Shown here: positions 17,239-26,818 of the stretch, piece by piece | How positions within the stretch are numbered: position 1 is the first letter of the stretch | Layout: each line of letters opens with the position of its first letter | Assembly (NCBI GenBank): GCA_016840465.1 | Contig: JAEOSH010000012.1 | Location: forward strand, 15,535-47,534 | DNA from: Candidatus Baldrarchaeum yapensis | Lineage (GTDB): Archaea; Asgardarchaeota; Baldrarchaeia; Baldrarchaeales; Baldrarchaeaceae | Length of the DNA stretch: 32,000 bases | Direction: 5' to 3' | Position numbers and translations under genes: made by a program | The notes under the pieces: model-generated | What the model was told of the DNA's origin: nothing | The model's database searches: none | What the model saw: only the letters and a program-made list of their open reading frames with translations

Positions 17239-18117
17239 GTGCTAAAGGCGCTAAAAGTATTCAAAGAGCTCAAGCAAGAAGACATCTCGGTACTAGGGGC
17301 AATAGAGAGATTGATGCGGAAATACGAATACGTACCAGTAGAAATGATTGCAAAGGAGGCAAAAATGGACATAAACGACGTCGAGTACTACCTCAGCCGC
17401 CTAAACAAATTTGAACTCGTAAGAAGGTGGATAGGCCCTTACATCGGATATGTGCTCAACATGCACGGATATGATTGCCTGGCACTACATGCGCTCGTGT
17501 GCAAGGATGTCATATCGGCTATCGGTAGAAAACTTGGTGTGGGTAAAGAAGCAGACGTTTATGACGCTCTCACGCCTGATGGAAGGCGAGTGGTGTTGAA
17601 ATTCCATAGGATCGGAAGAATAAGTTTTAGAAGTGTAAGAAGAGTGAGAGTTTACGTAGGAGATAGGAGACACACATCTTGGCTCTACATATCTCGATTA
17701 TCCGCAAAGCGGGAATTTGAAGCCCTTAAAATCCTGTACCCCCTTGGAGTGGCGGTTCCCGAGCCCATAGCTCACAATAGGCACGTGGTCGTGATAAGTT
17801 TCATCGATGGGATCGAACTTTCTGAGGTTAAAGAACTTTCTGACCCCCAAGGTTTCCTCGGAGAGATAATTGAAAATCTACGAATCGCATATGTAGACGG
17901 TGGAATCGTGCATGCAGATCTTAACGCCTACAATATTATAGTAACTGACGACGAGGAGATGCTAATAATCGATTGGCCACAATGGGTGTCCACAATACAT
18001 CCGAGTGCAGAAATGCTCCTGAGAAGGGACCTAAAGAACATATTTAAGTTCTTCAGAAAGAGATTTGGAATTGAGGCAGATGAAGAGGAAGCCCTCAAAT
18101 ATATAAAGGGTGAATAG
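17239..18117 (+). CDS. rio2: RIO2 serine/threonine kinase
   Basis: N-terminal winged helix, GVGKEADVY, LKFHRIG, SAKREFEAL, HADLNAYNI, IIDWPQ; GGTGA before the GTG start. Confidence 0.95.
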   Translation: MLKALKVFKELKQEDISVLGAIERLMRKYEYVPVEMIAKEAKMDINDVEYYLSRLNKFELVRRWIGPYIGYVLNMHGYDCLALHALVCKDVISAIGRKLGVGKEADVYDALTPDGRRVVLKFHRIGRISFRSVRRVRVYVGDRRHTSWLYISRLSAKREFEALKILYPLGVAVPEPIAHNRHVVVISFIDGIELSEVKELSDPQGFLGEIIENLRIAYVDGGIVHADLNAYNIIVTDDEEMLIIDWPQWVSTIHPSAEMLLRRDLKNIFKFFRKRFGIEADEEEALKYIKGE

Positions 18118-18120
18118 TTC

Positions 18121-20181
18121 GTGGAGAACAAAGGGGAAGAAAGAGGTCTAGTGTTTGGTGTGGATATACTTCCCATGCACTCCCCCCAATCGAAGAAAGA
18201 AGCAAAATACGCCCTCGTCGTCCTAAGCAACGATGGGAAAGTTCTAGAGAGAGTGCAGGGAATATCAAAAATGGAACTCTTTAAAAGAATTCAGGAATGT
18301 AGGCCAGACATCATTGCAACAGATAACGTATTCGAACTTGGAGCGAACGAAAAGGAACTAATAGACTTCATATCAAGCTTGCCTGCGAATACGAAGGTAA
18401 TTCAGGTAACCGGCTCCCCAAGGCACGGAATGGAACCGCTCTACAGAATCGCAAAGCGGCATGGAATTAGCATATCAAGTAAGAGTTCATCGCTTGAGGA
18501 GGCAGAAGCAGCGGCCCGCCTAGCATTAATGGGCATAGGTTATGAGGTGTCAGCGGTTGAAGGCGAAGTGAAAATCATAATTTCACGTGCTAGAACATTT
18601 GGACCCGGTGGATGGAGCCAGCCTAGATATAGGAGATACCTCTGCGCACTAGTGCAACAAGTGACGCAAGAAGTGGAGGAACTTCTCAAAAAGCACAATA
18701 TCGACTACGACTTTTATTGCAGGAAAACGAAATTTGGCTTCATAACGAGCAAATTCACGGCCTACACGACCCTTGATGTCATAAGGAAATTAATAAAGGA
18801 GCCAGTGAAGCAAGATGTGCAGATAAAGATAATACCTGTAAGGCGAAAGCATCTAGAATTCATTCCGCTGAACTCCCATGAGGAAGAGTCCGGAAGGACG
18901 AAATATCTCATAATAGGTGTAGATCCCGGTGTAACTACGGGCATCGCCATACTTGATATTCACGGAAACCTGTTAGAGATTTATAGTGCAAAGGAACTGT
19001 CAAGGGGTGATGTCATAAGGCTGATATCGAAATATGGCCGCCCACTAGTAATAGCAACTGATGTAAACCCCCCGCCCGAGTTTGTGGAAAAGTTGGCAAT
19101 AGTCTTCGATGCTGAAATATACACTCCACCCCGACCACTTACTGTTGCGGAAAAGAGAAATATAGCACAGGAGTATCTGGAAAAACATGTAAGAGAAAAA
19201 ATATCATTGAATTCTCACGAAAGAGATGCTCTCATAGCTGCAATAAAGGCATATATGTCGATAAAGAATAAACTGGAGAAAATAGAGGCGCATGTAAAGG
19301 AGTTAGGGGTTAAAGTGCCAATCGAAGAAGTTAAGCGCTTAGTACTACGTGGCATGTCTATAAAGAGAGCGATAGAAGAACTACTGAGCAAAATGGAGAA
19401 AAGAAATGAACAACAGGAAGAAGAAACGAGAGAAGAAGTGGATATAAATGAGTTAATTGCGAAAATTGAAGAACTAAGGGCAGAATTACGGAAAAAAGGG
19501 AAGGAACTGAGCAATCTGAAGGATCTTCTTAATTCCTATAAGGAAAGGGTCAAGCAACTAGAAAAGGAGAATGCGGCACTCAAAGAGAGCATTAAAAAAT
19601 TGCTGAGAGAAAGAATATTGGAGATGGAGAGAGATAAGGAAATACTAGTAAGAGATCAGATGATAGAGAGTTTAATAAATGAGAAGAAGAGGCTCGAGCA
19701 GCAAGTGAAAGAGTTAAACGAGAAGATATCGAAATTAATAGGATTAAAGACTCTGGAGACCCGAGGGGACGTCATACCACTTAAAATAATTGAAAGATTT
19801 ACTTATGACAGTATAAGGTCGGTAGAAAAAGAACTCGGCATAAAGAAGGGAGATGTCGTTCTTCTCCTCGACGCAAGCGGCGGAGGAGCCTCAACGGCAG
19901 AGTTGCTGATAAAGAAGGGAGTGAAAGCGGTGATTTATAAGACTAAAATGAGCCACACCGCGATGCAGAAGTTTCGAGAAAATAGAGTTCCGGTTATACC
20001 CGCCGATAAGGTCAAAATAGATGCTGTGGAGTCGTTTGCGGTGGTTAACAAGAAGAGTTTGGAGAGAGCGGTGAGGGAGTGGCATGAGAGTATAGAGGAG
20101 GAAGAATCCAGACTGACCCACGAGAAGTTAATTTCGATAATCGAGGAGTACAGGCGGGGAAGACAGAATTCTGGCGGATGA
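18121..20181 (+). CDS. DUF460-type protein: RNase H-fold domains plus long coiled coil
   Basis: VFGVDI, IIATDNVFEL, IIGVDPGVTTGIAILD, PLVIATDVNPPP, HERDALIAA, long E/K-rich coiled coil, DASGGGASTA. Confidence 0.88.
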   Translation: MENKGEERGLVFGVDILPMHSPQSKKEAKYALVVLSNDGKVLERVQGISKMELFKRIQECRPDIIATDNVFELGANEKELIDFISSLPANTKVIQVTGSPRHGMEPLYRIAKRHGISISSKSSSLEEAEAAARLALMGIGYEVSAVEGEVKIIISRARTFGPGGWSQPRYRRYLCALVQQVTQEVEELLKKHNIDYDFYCRKTKFGFITSKFTAYTTLDVIRKLIKEPVKQDVQIKIIPVRRKHLEFIPLNSHEEESGRTKYLIIGVDPGVTTGIAILDIHGNLLEIYSAKELSRGDVIRLISKYGRPLVIATDVNPPPEFVEKLAIVFDAEIYTPPRPLTVAEKRNIAQEYLEKHVREKISLNSHERDALIAAIKAYMSIKNKLEKIEAHVKELGVKVPIEEVKRLVLRGMSIKRAIEELLSKMEKRNEQQEEETREEVDINELIAKIEELRAELRKKGKELSNLKDLLNSYKERVKQLEKENAALKESIKKLLRERILEMERDKEILVRDQMIESLINEKKRLEQQVKELNEKISKLIGLKTLETRGDVIPLKIIERFTYDSIRSVEKELGIKKGDVVLLLDASGGGASTAELLIKKGVKAVIYKTKMSHTAMQKFRENRVPVIPADKVKIDAVESFAVVNKKSLERAVREWHESIEEEESRLTHEKLISIIEEYRRGRQNSGG

Positions 20182-20187
20182 GTATTG

Positions 20188-20448
20188 TTACTCCTCGTAC
20201 TCCTCGGCATCCTTGGTGGCGTCGGGCTTTATAAAGAGAATGTTATTTCCTCTAATGAATATCTCTCCGTAACATGCTTTTCTTTCCCCGTTTTCCAGTT
20301 CTATGGCATTAACAAGCCTTAGATTCATATAACTGTCCACTTGCGCTAGACGCCCTATGAATTCTGTTCCGTCCTTTAACTTCACAAGGACCTTATTATT
20401 AACAGATTTTTCGAGTAGTCGGAGCGGATTTCTTTCCATGTGCGCCAT
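20188..20448 (-). CDS. Sm-like (Lsm/SmAP) RNA-binding protein
   Basis: Sm1 VLVKLKDGTEFIGRLAQVDSYMNLRL; Sm2 GEIFIRGNNILFI; acidic tail. Confidence 0.95.
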   Translation of the reverse strand: MAHMERNPLRLLEKSVNNKVLVKLKDGTEFIGRLAQVDSYMNLRLVNAIELENGERKACYGEIFIRGNNILFIKPDATKDAEEYEE

Positions 20449-20532
20449 CCCCCAGTTTTACAAAAAAGATGTCCACACATCCCGTTAAAAATGTTATAGT
20501 TTCTTTGTTTATAAACCATACCGCATGACATA

Positions 20533-21108
20533 TTACTTATTGTCATATTTCTGTAATTGTCCAGCGAATATGATATCCTCGACGTGTGTGTCATCAATTA
20601 CACTTTCAATTTTAATATTTGCCTCTTCCAGCAATGATACCATAACATGTGCATCGGCTGTTTTTCGCAAAGTGCTAATAGCAATGTAGGAACGGTTCTT
20701 TCCGACTCTTACAATCTCCGAAAGCGCCATTTTAACGTTAGGAATATTCTGAATAACCGTTATGCAAAACACAACATCAAGCATCTCATCTCTGATAGGT
20801 AAATTTTCAACATCGGCACAAATGAGTTCAACATTACTGCTTCTAATCTTAAATTTCGCAATTTTCAGCATTTCCGCAGATATGTCCACTCCTACTACCC
20901 TAACGGCGCAATCTGAGAGTAATCTGCACAAATTCCCGGTTCCACAACCAAGATCGCTCACCAGAAGGGGCCCCTCTAACTGAGAACTTGTAATGGACAA
21001 AACTATCCTATATTTCATGTTCTGCAGATTTTCATAACGTGCATCGTAAAATGGTGCATGCGCATCATAATATTCCTTAACGCGTAACTTCTTGTTCACG
21101 GGCCCCAC
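20533..21108 (-). CDS. Class I SAM-dependent methyltransferase
   Basis: DLGCGTG, VVGVDISAEML, ICADVENLPI, DVVFCITVI. Confidence 0.92.
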   Translation of the reverse strand: MGPVNKKLRVKEYYDAHAPFYDARYENLQNMKYRIVLSITSSQLEGPLLVSDLGCGTGNLCRLLSDCAVRVVGVDISAEMLKIAKFKIRSSNVELICADVENLPIRDEMLDVVFCITVIQNIPNVKMALSEIVRVGKNRSYIAISTLRKTADAHVMVSLLEEANIKIESVIDDTHVEDIIFAGQLQKYDNK

Positions 21109-21168
21109 CGAGATTATTATTTGATGCTTCGCCTCCTAGATAAAAATGCGCACCGGAAGGGATGTCAC

Positions 21169-22425
21169 ATGAAAAAGTTGAAGGTCATACTAGTAATTGC
21201 AGACGGCATGGGAGATCGTCCTCTAAAGGAACTCGGACATAAAACCCCACTTGAGGCTGCTAATACCCCTGCTCTCGACCACATTGCATCAAGCGGCGTT
21301 TGTGGAATCATGGATCCAATAGCGCCGGGTGTAAGACCCGGAAGTGACACGTCGCACCTTGCAATCTTAGGATATGATCCCTACAAGTATTACAGTGGGC
21401 GTGGTCCCTTCGAGGCACTGGGGGCTGGAATGGAGTTAAAAGAGGGAGATATAGCGTTCAGGGCAAATTTTGCAACTGTGCAAGAGAAGGACAATAAGTT
21501 AATAGTTATAGACAGACGTGCAGGAAGAAAAATACCAGAAGGAGATGCGTTTACGAGCGAGCTTTCAAAGATGAAGTTAGAAAGCGCAAAAGATGTGGAA
21601 GTGATCGTTAAACATACAGTGGAGCATCGATGTGTTGTGGTGCTCCGGGGGAGAAATTTATCACACCACGTTAGTGATACCGACCCTCACGAGGAAATGG
21701 TACCGATAAAGGAGTGTAAGCCTCTTTCTCAAGACGATGCGGCACTGAGGACGGCGAAAATGGTGAATGAATTAACTTATAAGTCGTACCAAATACTAAA
21801 TTCGCATCCCCTTAATGTTGAACGTGAGAAGAGGGGTCTTCCAAAGGTAAATTGCATACTGCTCAGAGGTGCAGGAGTTTATAGAGAAATTCCATCATTG
21901 CAAAGGAGATTTGGAATAAAGGCAGCGTGCATTGCTGGTGCTGCACTTTATAAGGGAGTTGCAAGAGCTGTGGGAATGGAAATAATCAAAGTACCCGGCG
22001 CGACTGGAACCTACGAGACCGATGTGATAGCAAAGGCGCGGGCCGCCATAGATGCCTTGAGGAAATACGATTTCGTGTTCATACATTTTAAGGCAACTGA
22101 CAATGCATCTCACGACGGAAATATCGAGATGAAAATAAAAATGCTCGAAAAATTCGATGTACTCGTAAAGTACCTAATAGATAATGTAAACATGGACGAA
22201 ACAATAATAACTGTAACATCTGATCACACAACTCCTATAAGCATTCGAGATCATACAGGGGATCCGGTTCCCCTCGCTATTTGCGCCCCTGACGTGAGGA
22301 GGGATGATGTCGAGAAATTCGATGAAAGGTCCTGCGCACGTGGCCATCTTGGCAGAATACGAGGTACTGATCTCATGAACATATTAATGGACTTGGCAAA
22401 CAGATCTGAAAAATTCGGCGCATAA
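21169..22425 (+). CDS. apgM: 2,3-bisphosphoglycerate-independent phosphoglycerate mutase, archaeal
   Basis: IADGMGD, TPLEAANTP, PGSDTSHL, GRGPFEALG, DRRAGR, DNASHDG, TSDHTTP, HTGDPVP. ATG at 21169 preferred over 21121. Confidence 0.96.
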   Translation: MKKLKVILVIADGMGDRPLKELGHKTPLEAANTPALDHIASSGVCGIMDPIAPGVRPGSDTSHLAILGYDPYKYYSGRGPFEALGAGMELKEGDIAFRANFATVQEKDNKLIVIDRRAGRKIPEGDAFTSELSKMKLESAKDVEVIVKHTVEHRCVVVLRGRNLSHHVSDTDPHEEMVPIKECKPLSQDDAALRTAKMVNELTYKSYQILNSHPLNVEREKRGLPKVNCILLRGAGVYREIPSLQRRFGIKAACIAGAALYKGVARAVGMEIIKVPGATGTYETDVIAKARAAIDALRKYDFVFIHFKATDNASHDGNIEMKIKMLEKFDVLVKYLIDNVNMDETIITVTSDHTTPISIRDHTGDPVPLAICAPDVRRDDVEKFDERSCARGHLGRIRGTDLMNILMDLANRSEKFGA

Positions 22426-22426
22426 A

Positions 22427-23341
22427 TCACAGATCTACTTCTTGCACTTTATTTATTATCTGGGCAACTCTCTCCGATATCTTATCCCTGCCAGCAAACC
22501 CGGATGGTCCGTATTCTTCTACGGAAAATGAAGCAGCAGCCGAAGCATAAGCGGCAGCTTGGATCTCATCCCCCGTATTTAGATATTCTATCATGAAAGA
22601 TATTGTGAAAACATCACCGGCGCCTGTTGGATCGAGTGCCCTTGTTTTAAACGCCGGTACATGGAATATTCCCTTTTTCGAAGCAATAAGTGCTCCTTTC
22701 TCTCCCATCGTGACCAGTGAGACTCTCGCCCCCATCTTCAGTAGCGTTTTAGTAGCGTCCACAGCATTAGACATGCCCGTGGCAATGCAAGCCTCTTCGA
22801 GATTTGCATGCACAACATCAACAGGTTTTATGAAATCGGCGATGTCATCTCTAGGGACAAGCTTAACTCTTAAGTCTTCATCGACAGACCTTATAAGGCC
22901 TTGAATATCGATCGAAAGTAACGAAGATGGGTTCTTCAACTTGTTCACGATATCAGAACTTATCTCCCCCGCTACAGGCCCGAAGTGGATGATATCACTA
23001 TCCCTACACTTCTCAGGAATGTCGGAGTATAGTATGTCTTGACACTTTGAAATCAGGAACGATGTCCTCGTTCCTCCCTCATATATATGCCTGAACCTCG
23101 TAGTTGGTCGAGACGAAAGTGTGACGAAAGAAATATCAATACCATTCCTCGCCAAAGTTAAGAGAAAACTGTCAGGAAAGTCCTCTCCAACCTTTGAAAC
23201 TATTAAAACTGCAGCTTGTTGGCGTTTTGCCGCGAAACCGCTATACGTTGGGACACCGCCCATGGCTATCTTCTTAACACCTTTTTCAACGATTATTTCG
23301 TCTATTGTTAAATGTCCTATTATCGAAATTTGAACCGCCAT
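22427..23341 (-). CDS. PfkB/ribokinase-family carbohydrate or nucleoside kinase
   Basis: IGHLTID, GGVPTY, HANLEE, VTMGEKGA, DPTGAGDVF. Confidence 0.92.
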   Translation of the reverse strand: MAVQISIIGHLTIDEIIVEKGVKKIAMGGVPTYSGFAAKRQQAAVLIVSKVGEDFPDSFLLTLARNGIDISFVTLSSRPTTRFRHIYEGGTRTSFLISKCQDILYSDIPEKCRDSDIIHFGPVAGEISSDIVNKLKNPSSLLSIDIQGLIRSVDEDLRVKLVPRDDIADFIKPVDVVHANLEEACIATGMSNAVDATKTLLKMGARVSLVTMGEKGALIASKKGIFHVPAFKTRALDPTGAGDVFTISFMIEYLNTGDEIQAAAYASAAASFSVEEYGPSGFAGRDKISERVAQIINKVQEVDL

Positions 23342-23342
23342 T

Positions 23343-23639
23343 TTAATACACCATGAGCCCTCCGGCAACAGGCGGAAAGAATGTCACAACATCGTCATGC
23401 TTTAATCTTGTTTTAAGGCCATCCAAGAATTCAATATTTCTTCCATTAACTAATATCTTCACATACTTTTTAACGCGCCCCTTCTCATCAAGCACTTCAT
23501 CCCTGAACTTCTCATTCATGTTTTTCGAGATCCACTCTATCAGGTCGAAAACTGTGCTATCATCGTCCAATTCCACAGTAAATACGTCTGTTCCAAGCAG
23601 CTCTCTGAACATTGCAAACACTTTAACCCTTACTCTCAC
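23343..23639 (-). CDS. MoaD/ThiS/SAMP-like beta-grasp protein with GG followed by a 4-residue extension
   Basis: VKVFAMFRE, ILVNGRNI, DVVTFFPPVAGG-LMVY-stop (codons GGA GGG CTC ATG GTG TAT TAA). Confidence 0.92.
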   Translation of the reverse strand: MRVRVKVFAMFRELLGTDVFTVELDDDSTVFDLIEWISKNMNEKFRDEVLDEKGRVKKYVKILVNGRNIEFLDGLKTRLKHDDVVTFFPPVAGGLMVY

Positions 23640-24732
23640 TTCCTTTCCTCCTCGTCATCAGATAGATACTCACCGTGACTATGATAATCGAGGCAATAAA
23701 TATCCATAGGTATGGAGGCAATCCAATAGTCACTCCTTCACTTCTGATCTTTTCAAGTTCAGAGAGCGCGTTTAGAATTTCCAATATTTTAACGGCAGCA
23801 TACGTTGCCTCAAGTGATGATGGACATTTTTCACGGAGCGAAAAGCCCCCGTCGGAGCCCTGTAAGGACAGGACCCACCCGATGACATCTGACCTTATAC
23901 TATCGACGAAACCCTTATCATAGCGTATCAATATATCTAATGCCCAAAATGTTGATAGAAGATCGGGGCTTTTTACGTCATCTTTTAGCTTGAATCCTTT
24001 ACCTCTTTCGTATAAACTTCGTATATAGAAGGACAGATTTAGAGACTGGTACCATTGATCAGAAACATTCAGCGCACGAAGAGTCATAACACCAGCATAA
24101 ATAATGTCCATTTGTGGAGCCTCGATCGTTAATGTCGAGTTCATAAAGTTAATAACCCAATTTTTCACCTCGGTCTTGATGCTTTCATTTAATTCTCCTA
24201 GGAGATCGAGAGTCGAAACCGCGTAAAACGTTGCGATGATGCTACCGCTTTCATTCGGGCGATATGAAAAACACCCGCCATGGTAACAATCAAAGATCCA
24301 TTTGCAGACATTGTTTACATTTACTAATTCGTCATAAAGCCCCAAATCGATACACAACTTAACACCGTAATAGATGGTATAAATCGTAGGCTCAACCCCT
24401 TTACTATCAGCGAAGAGTCCGTAATTTGGGTCGTCAGTGTTAGTGATGAAGTATACATCTTTTAACCACCCCTTAAACTCATCCCGATAGGTGTCATTCC
24501 ATGCGTCTAGAGTTTTCAAAATCATGTAGGAATAGTAGGTTGATGTCAGATGGGCATTTTTCGCATTCGGACTATCAGCGTATCCATCACCTCTTTTTGA
24601 ATGCGCAAGAAATTCTAATATCATATTTTTACGCGTGGGTGGAGGCTTCAGAAAAACCACGGCTGCAACGCTGGCAACTATCACACTAATTATTATGAGT
24701 GCAATTATGATTCTGAGCCTACGGTCGCGCAT
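23623..24732 (-). CDS. Doubly membrane-anchored protein with prenyltransferase/squalene-oxidase (alpha/alpha barrel) repeats
   Basis: Basic N-terminus plus TM; repeats GYADSP..HLTSTYY, GLFA..TIYTIYY, GCFS..SIIATFYAV, KGF..DLLSTFWAL, DGGFS..SLEATYAAV; C-terminal TM followed by RRK. GGTGA before the ATG at 24732. Confidence 0.82.
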   Translation of the reverse strand: MRDRRLRIIIALIIISVIVASVAAVVFLKPPPTRKNMILEFLAHSKRGDGYADSPNAKNAHLTSTYYSYMILKTLDAWNDTYRDEFKGWLKDVYFITNTDDPNYGLFADSKGVEPTIYTIYYGVKLCIDLGLYDELVNVNNVCKWIFDCYHGGCFSYRPNESGSIIATFYAVSTLDLLGELNESIKTEVKNWVINFMNSTLTIEAPQMDIIYAGVMTLRALNVSDQWYQSLNLSFYIRSLYERGKGFKLKDDVKSPDLLSTFWALDILIRYDKGFVDSIRSDVIGWVLSLQGSDGGFSLREKCPSSLEATYAAVKILEILNALSELEKIRSEGVTIGLPPYLWIFIASIIIVTVSIYLMTRRKGSESKG

Positions 24733-24804
24733 ATTATCACCTTTACACAAGCACCATTACGTTTAGAGCATCACTATCGGAGATTTATGTTTTTTGTGAA
24801 ATGT

Positions 24805-25239
24805 TTATATGTAGAAATAGAACCTCTGCCCGCCTATTTCCTTTAATCCCCAAAATTTGCTCTTACGGATGACAGAAACAATGATCATGGGAGTTTCCGG
24901 GTACATGAGATTTAATCTCTCCAATTCCGCTATCCGGCACCACCTAGTGGGTAGATTGCCGCTATGTTCTCTAGTAATCAACTTACACGTGAAAACTGCT
25001 ATTATCATGGTTTTCTCGGAGTCAATCACCTGATAAAGCTTCTCGAGCCCGACAACATCAACAAGACATCCCGTCTCCTCAAGGATTTCACGTTTCAACG
25101 CCTGATCAAGTCTTTCCCCGGGATGCACCTTTCCCCCAGGTAATGCCCACCCTCCATCTCTTTCCTTGACCAGCAGAACTTTCCCTTCGGAATTGAATAC
25201 CACTCCAACAACAGTAACCGAGATGTCCATGCGCATCAC
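24805..25239 (-). CDS. Nudix hydrolase
   Basis: Nudix box [23 protein letters not shown]. Confidence 0.93.
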   Translation of the reverse strand: MMRMDISVTVVGVVFNSEGKVLLVKERDGGWALPGGKVHPGERLDQALKREILEETGCLVDVVGLEKLYQVIDSEKTMIIAVFTCKLITREHSGNLPTRWCRIAELERLNLMYPETPMIIVSVIRKSKFWGLKEIGGQRFYFYI

Positions 25240-26766
25240 CTAAGGCAAACCAAACTTCTTAAATACAAATGGAATTTTTTCAATGACATCCTCTGGTGTT
25301 ATATGGTATCCTTTCTCCTCCACAGCCATGTCCCCAGCTACCCCGTTGACAAAGGCCGCCGTGGCAGCGGCATCAACCGCATCGTTTCCCCATGCCAAGA
25401 AGGTTGCAACTATTCCCGATAACACATCACCAGTTCCACCAACGGTCATACCGGGGTTTCCGGTAATATTAACATAGCAACGATCTCCGTCACTTATTAG
25501 ATCCTCCGGACCCTTAACTAAAAGTGTCACGTTGAACCTTTTGGCGTATGATCGGACAATATCTATTTTCTTTTCAAGAGAGAGGCTCTCATCTAGAGAA
25601 CTTCCCGTCAGGGTCAAAAATTCGCCCCTATGAGGGGTCAAAACTGCTCTTAGTCCTCTTAAAGCATGAACATTGTCACTAATGATCTTTAAGGCATCCG
25701 CATCTATAACAACGGGTTTTCCATACTCCCTTATTATGTCTAAAACTTTCAGGCAAGCAACTCGTGTTTTTTCATTCAATCCGAGACCTGGTCCTATTAC
25801 GATGGAATCAAATCTCTGAATAATGTTCTTGATGAGATCGACGCCCCTATCGTCGAACCACCCGCCTGGGTACTCATAAACGATGATGCTTGGAGAAAAG
25901 GATCGTATTATACCGGAAACCTTTTCTGGCGCAACAACCACTGCAATATCTGCTCCGCACCTCAATGCAGCGAGGGCAGCTAGGGCAGGTGCGCCACTAT
26001 ACTTCTCGCTTCCACCTATTATTAGTATTCTGCCAAAATCTCCCTTATGGGAGTCCCGTCTTCGCGCCTTTATGGACGCTCTCAAGTTGCCGGGTCCTAC
26101 ATATAACTCGGCCTCTTTAGGGATACCTATATTCACTACAAGAATTTCTCCGCATATTTCCCGCGCGATGATCAGTCCCCGTTTCATCGCATGAAAGGTA
26201 ACTGTAACATCGGATTTCACGGCAACTTTAAACTCGCCAGTATCCGGATCTAAGCCGGAGGGCACATCTACTGATACTTTGAGCCCCTTACTCTCATTTA
26301 TGATCGAAATTGCGGTCTTTACTGGCTCCCTAGGCTCTCCTTTTATTCCAGTACCCAATATTGCATCGACTATCACATCCGCGGAGACCACCTTCTCTCT
26401 CATCATTAATATTTCCTCGCGAGTCCTGATGATTTCTTTCTCGACAGATACCATTTTTTCCAGAATGTTCCAATTTCTTCTTGCCTCTTCCGTTCTTATT
26501 GAACTTGGCTCGCCTAGCAACATTACCGTAACCTTCGAACCTAAAGATGCAAGATGTCTCGCGGCCACGAAACCGTCTCCCCCATTATTTCCGAGTCCCG
26601 CAATCACAACAACCTTTTTCCGACGGAGGTCGCCAACTTTCTCCAATACTGTTCTTGCAATGGACGAGCCGGCATTCTCCATCAGTTGTAGGCGTGATAT
26701 CCCCAGCCATTCACAATTATCGTCGATCATTCTCATTTCTCTCGATGATAGGACGCGGGTGCTCAA
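25240..26766 (-). CDS. nnr: Bifunctional NAD(P)H-hydrate epimerase/dehydratase
   Basis: LMENAG, GLGNNGGDG, DAILGTG, VDVPSG, HKGDFG, GPGLG, VIDADAL, LTPHRGEF, LVKG, GGTGDVLSG. Confidence 0.97.
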   Translation of the reverse strand: MSTRVLSSREMRMIDDNCEWLGISRLQLMENAGSSIARTVLEKVGDLRRKKVVVIAGLGNNGGDGFVAARHLASLGSKVTVMLLGEPSSIRTEEARRNWNILEKMVSVEKEIIRTREEILMMREKVVSADVIVDAILGTGIKGEPREPVKTAISIINESKGLKVSVDVPSGLDPDTGEFKVAVKSDVTVTFHAMKRGLIIAREICGEILVVNIGIPKEAELYVGPGNLRASIKARRRDSHKGDFGRILIIGGSEKYSGAPALAALAALRCGADIAVVVAPEKVSGIIRSFSPSIIVYEYPGGWFDDRGVDLIKNIIQRFDSIVIGPGLGLNEKTRVACLKVLDIIREYGKPVVIDADALKIISDNVHALRGLRAVLTPHRGEFLTLTGSSLDESLSLEKKIDIVRSYAKRFNVTLLVKGPEDLISDGDRCYVNITGNPGMTVGGTGDVLSGIVATFLAWGNDAVDAAATAAFVNGVAGDMAVEEKGYHITPEDVIEKIPFVFKKFGLP

Positions 26767-26818
26767 GAGTGGTCACCCACGATCGCCTGAAGGGTTCATA
26801 ACTTGTCGAGGAGATAAA

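Noticed and set aside
19380-19740. Purine-rich, repetitive-looking DNA (GAA/GAG/AAG runs)
   Set aside because: Explained by the Glu/Lys-rich coiled coil of DUF460; no exact tandem unit or spacer structure.
23623-24732. Barrel protein as a Rab geranylgeranyltransferase acting on the window's GTPases
   Set aside because: Zn-ligand Cys and His are missing, the domain is predicted extracellular, no alpha subunit is nearby, and neither GTPase has a C-terminal Cys.
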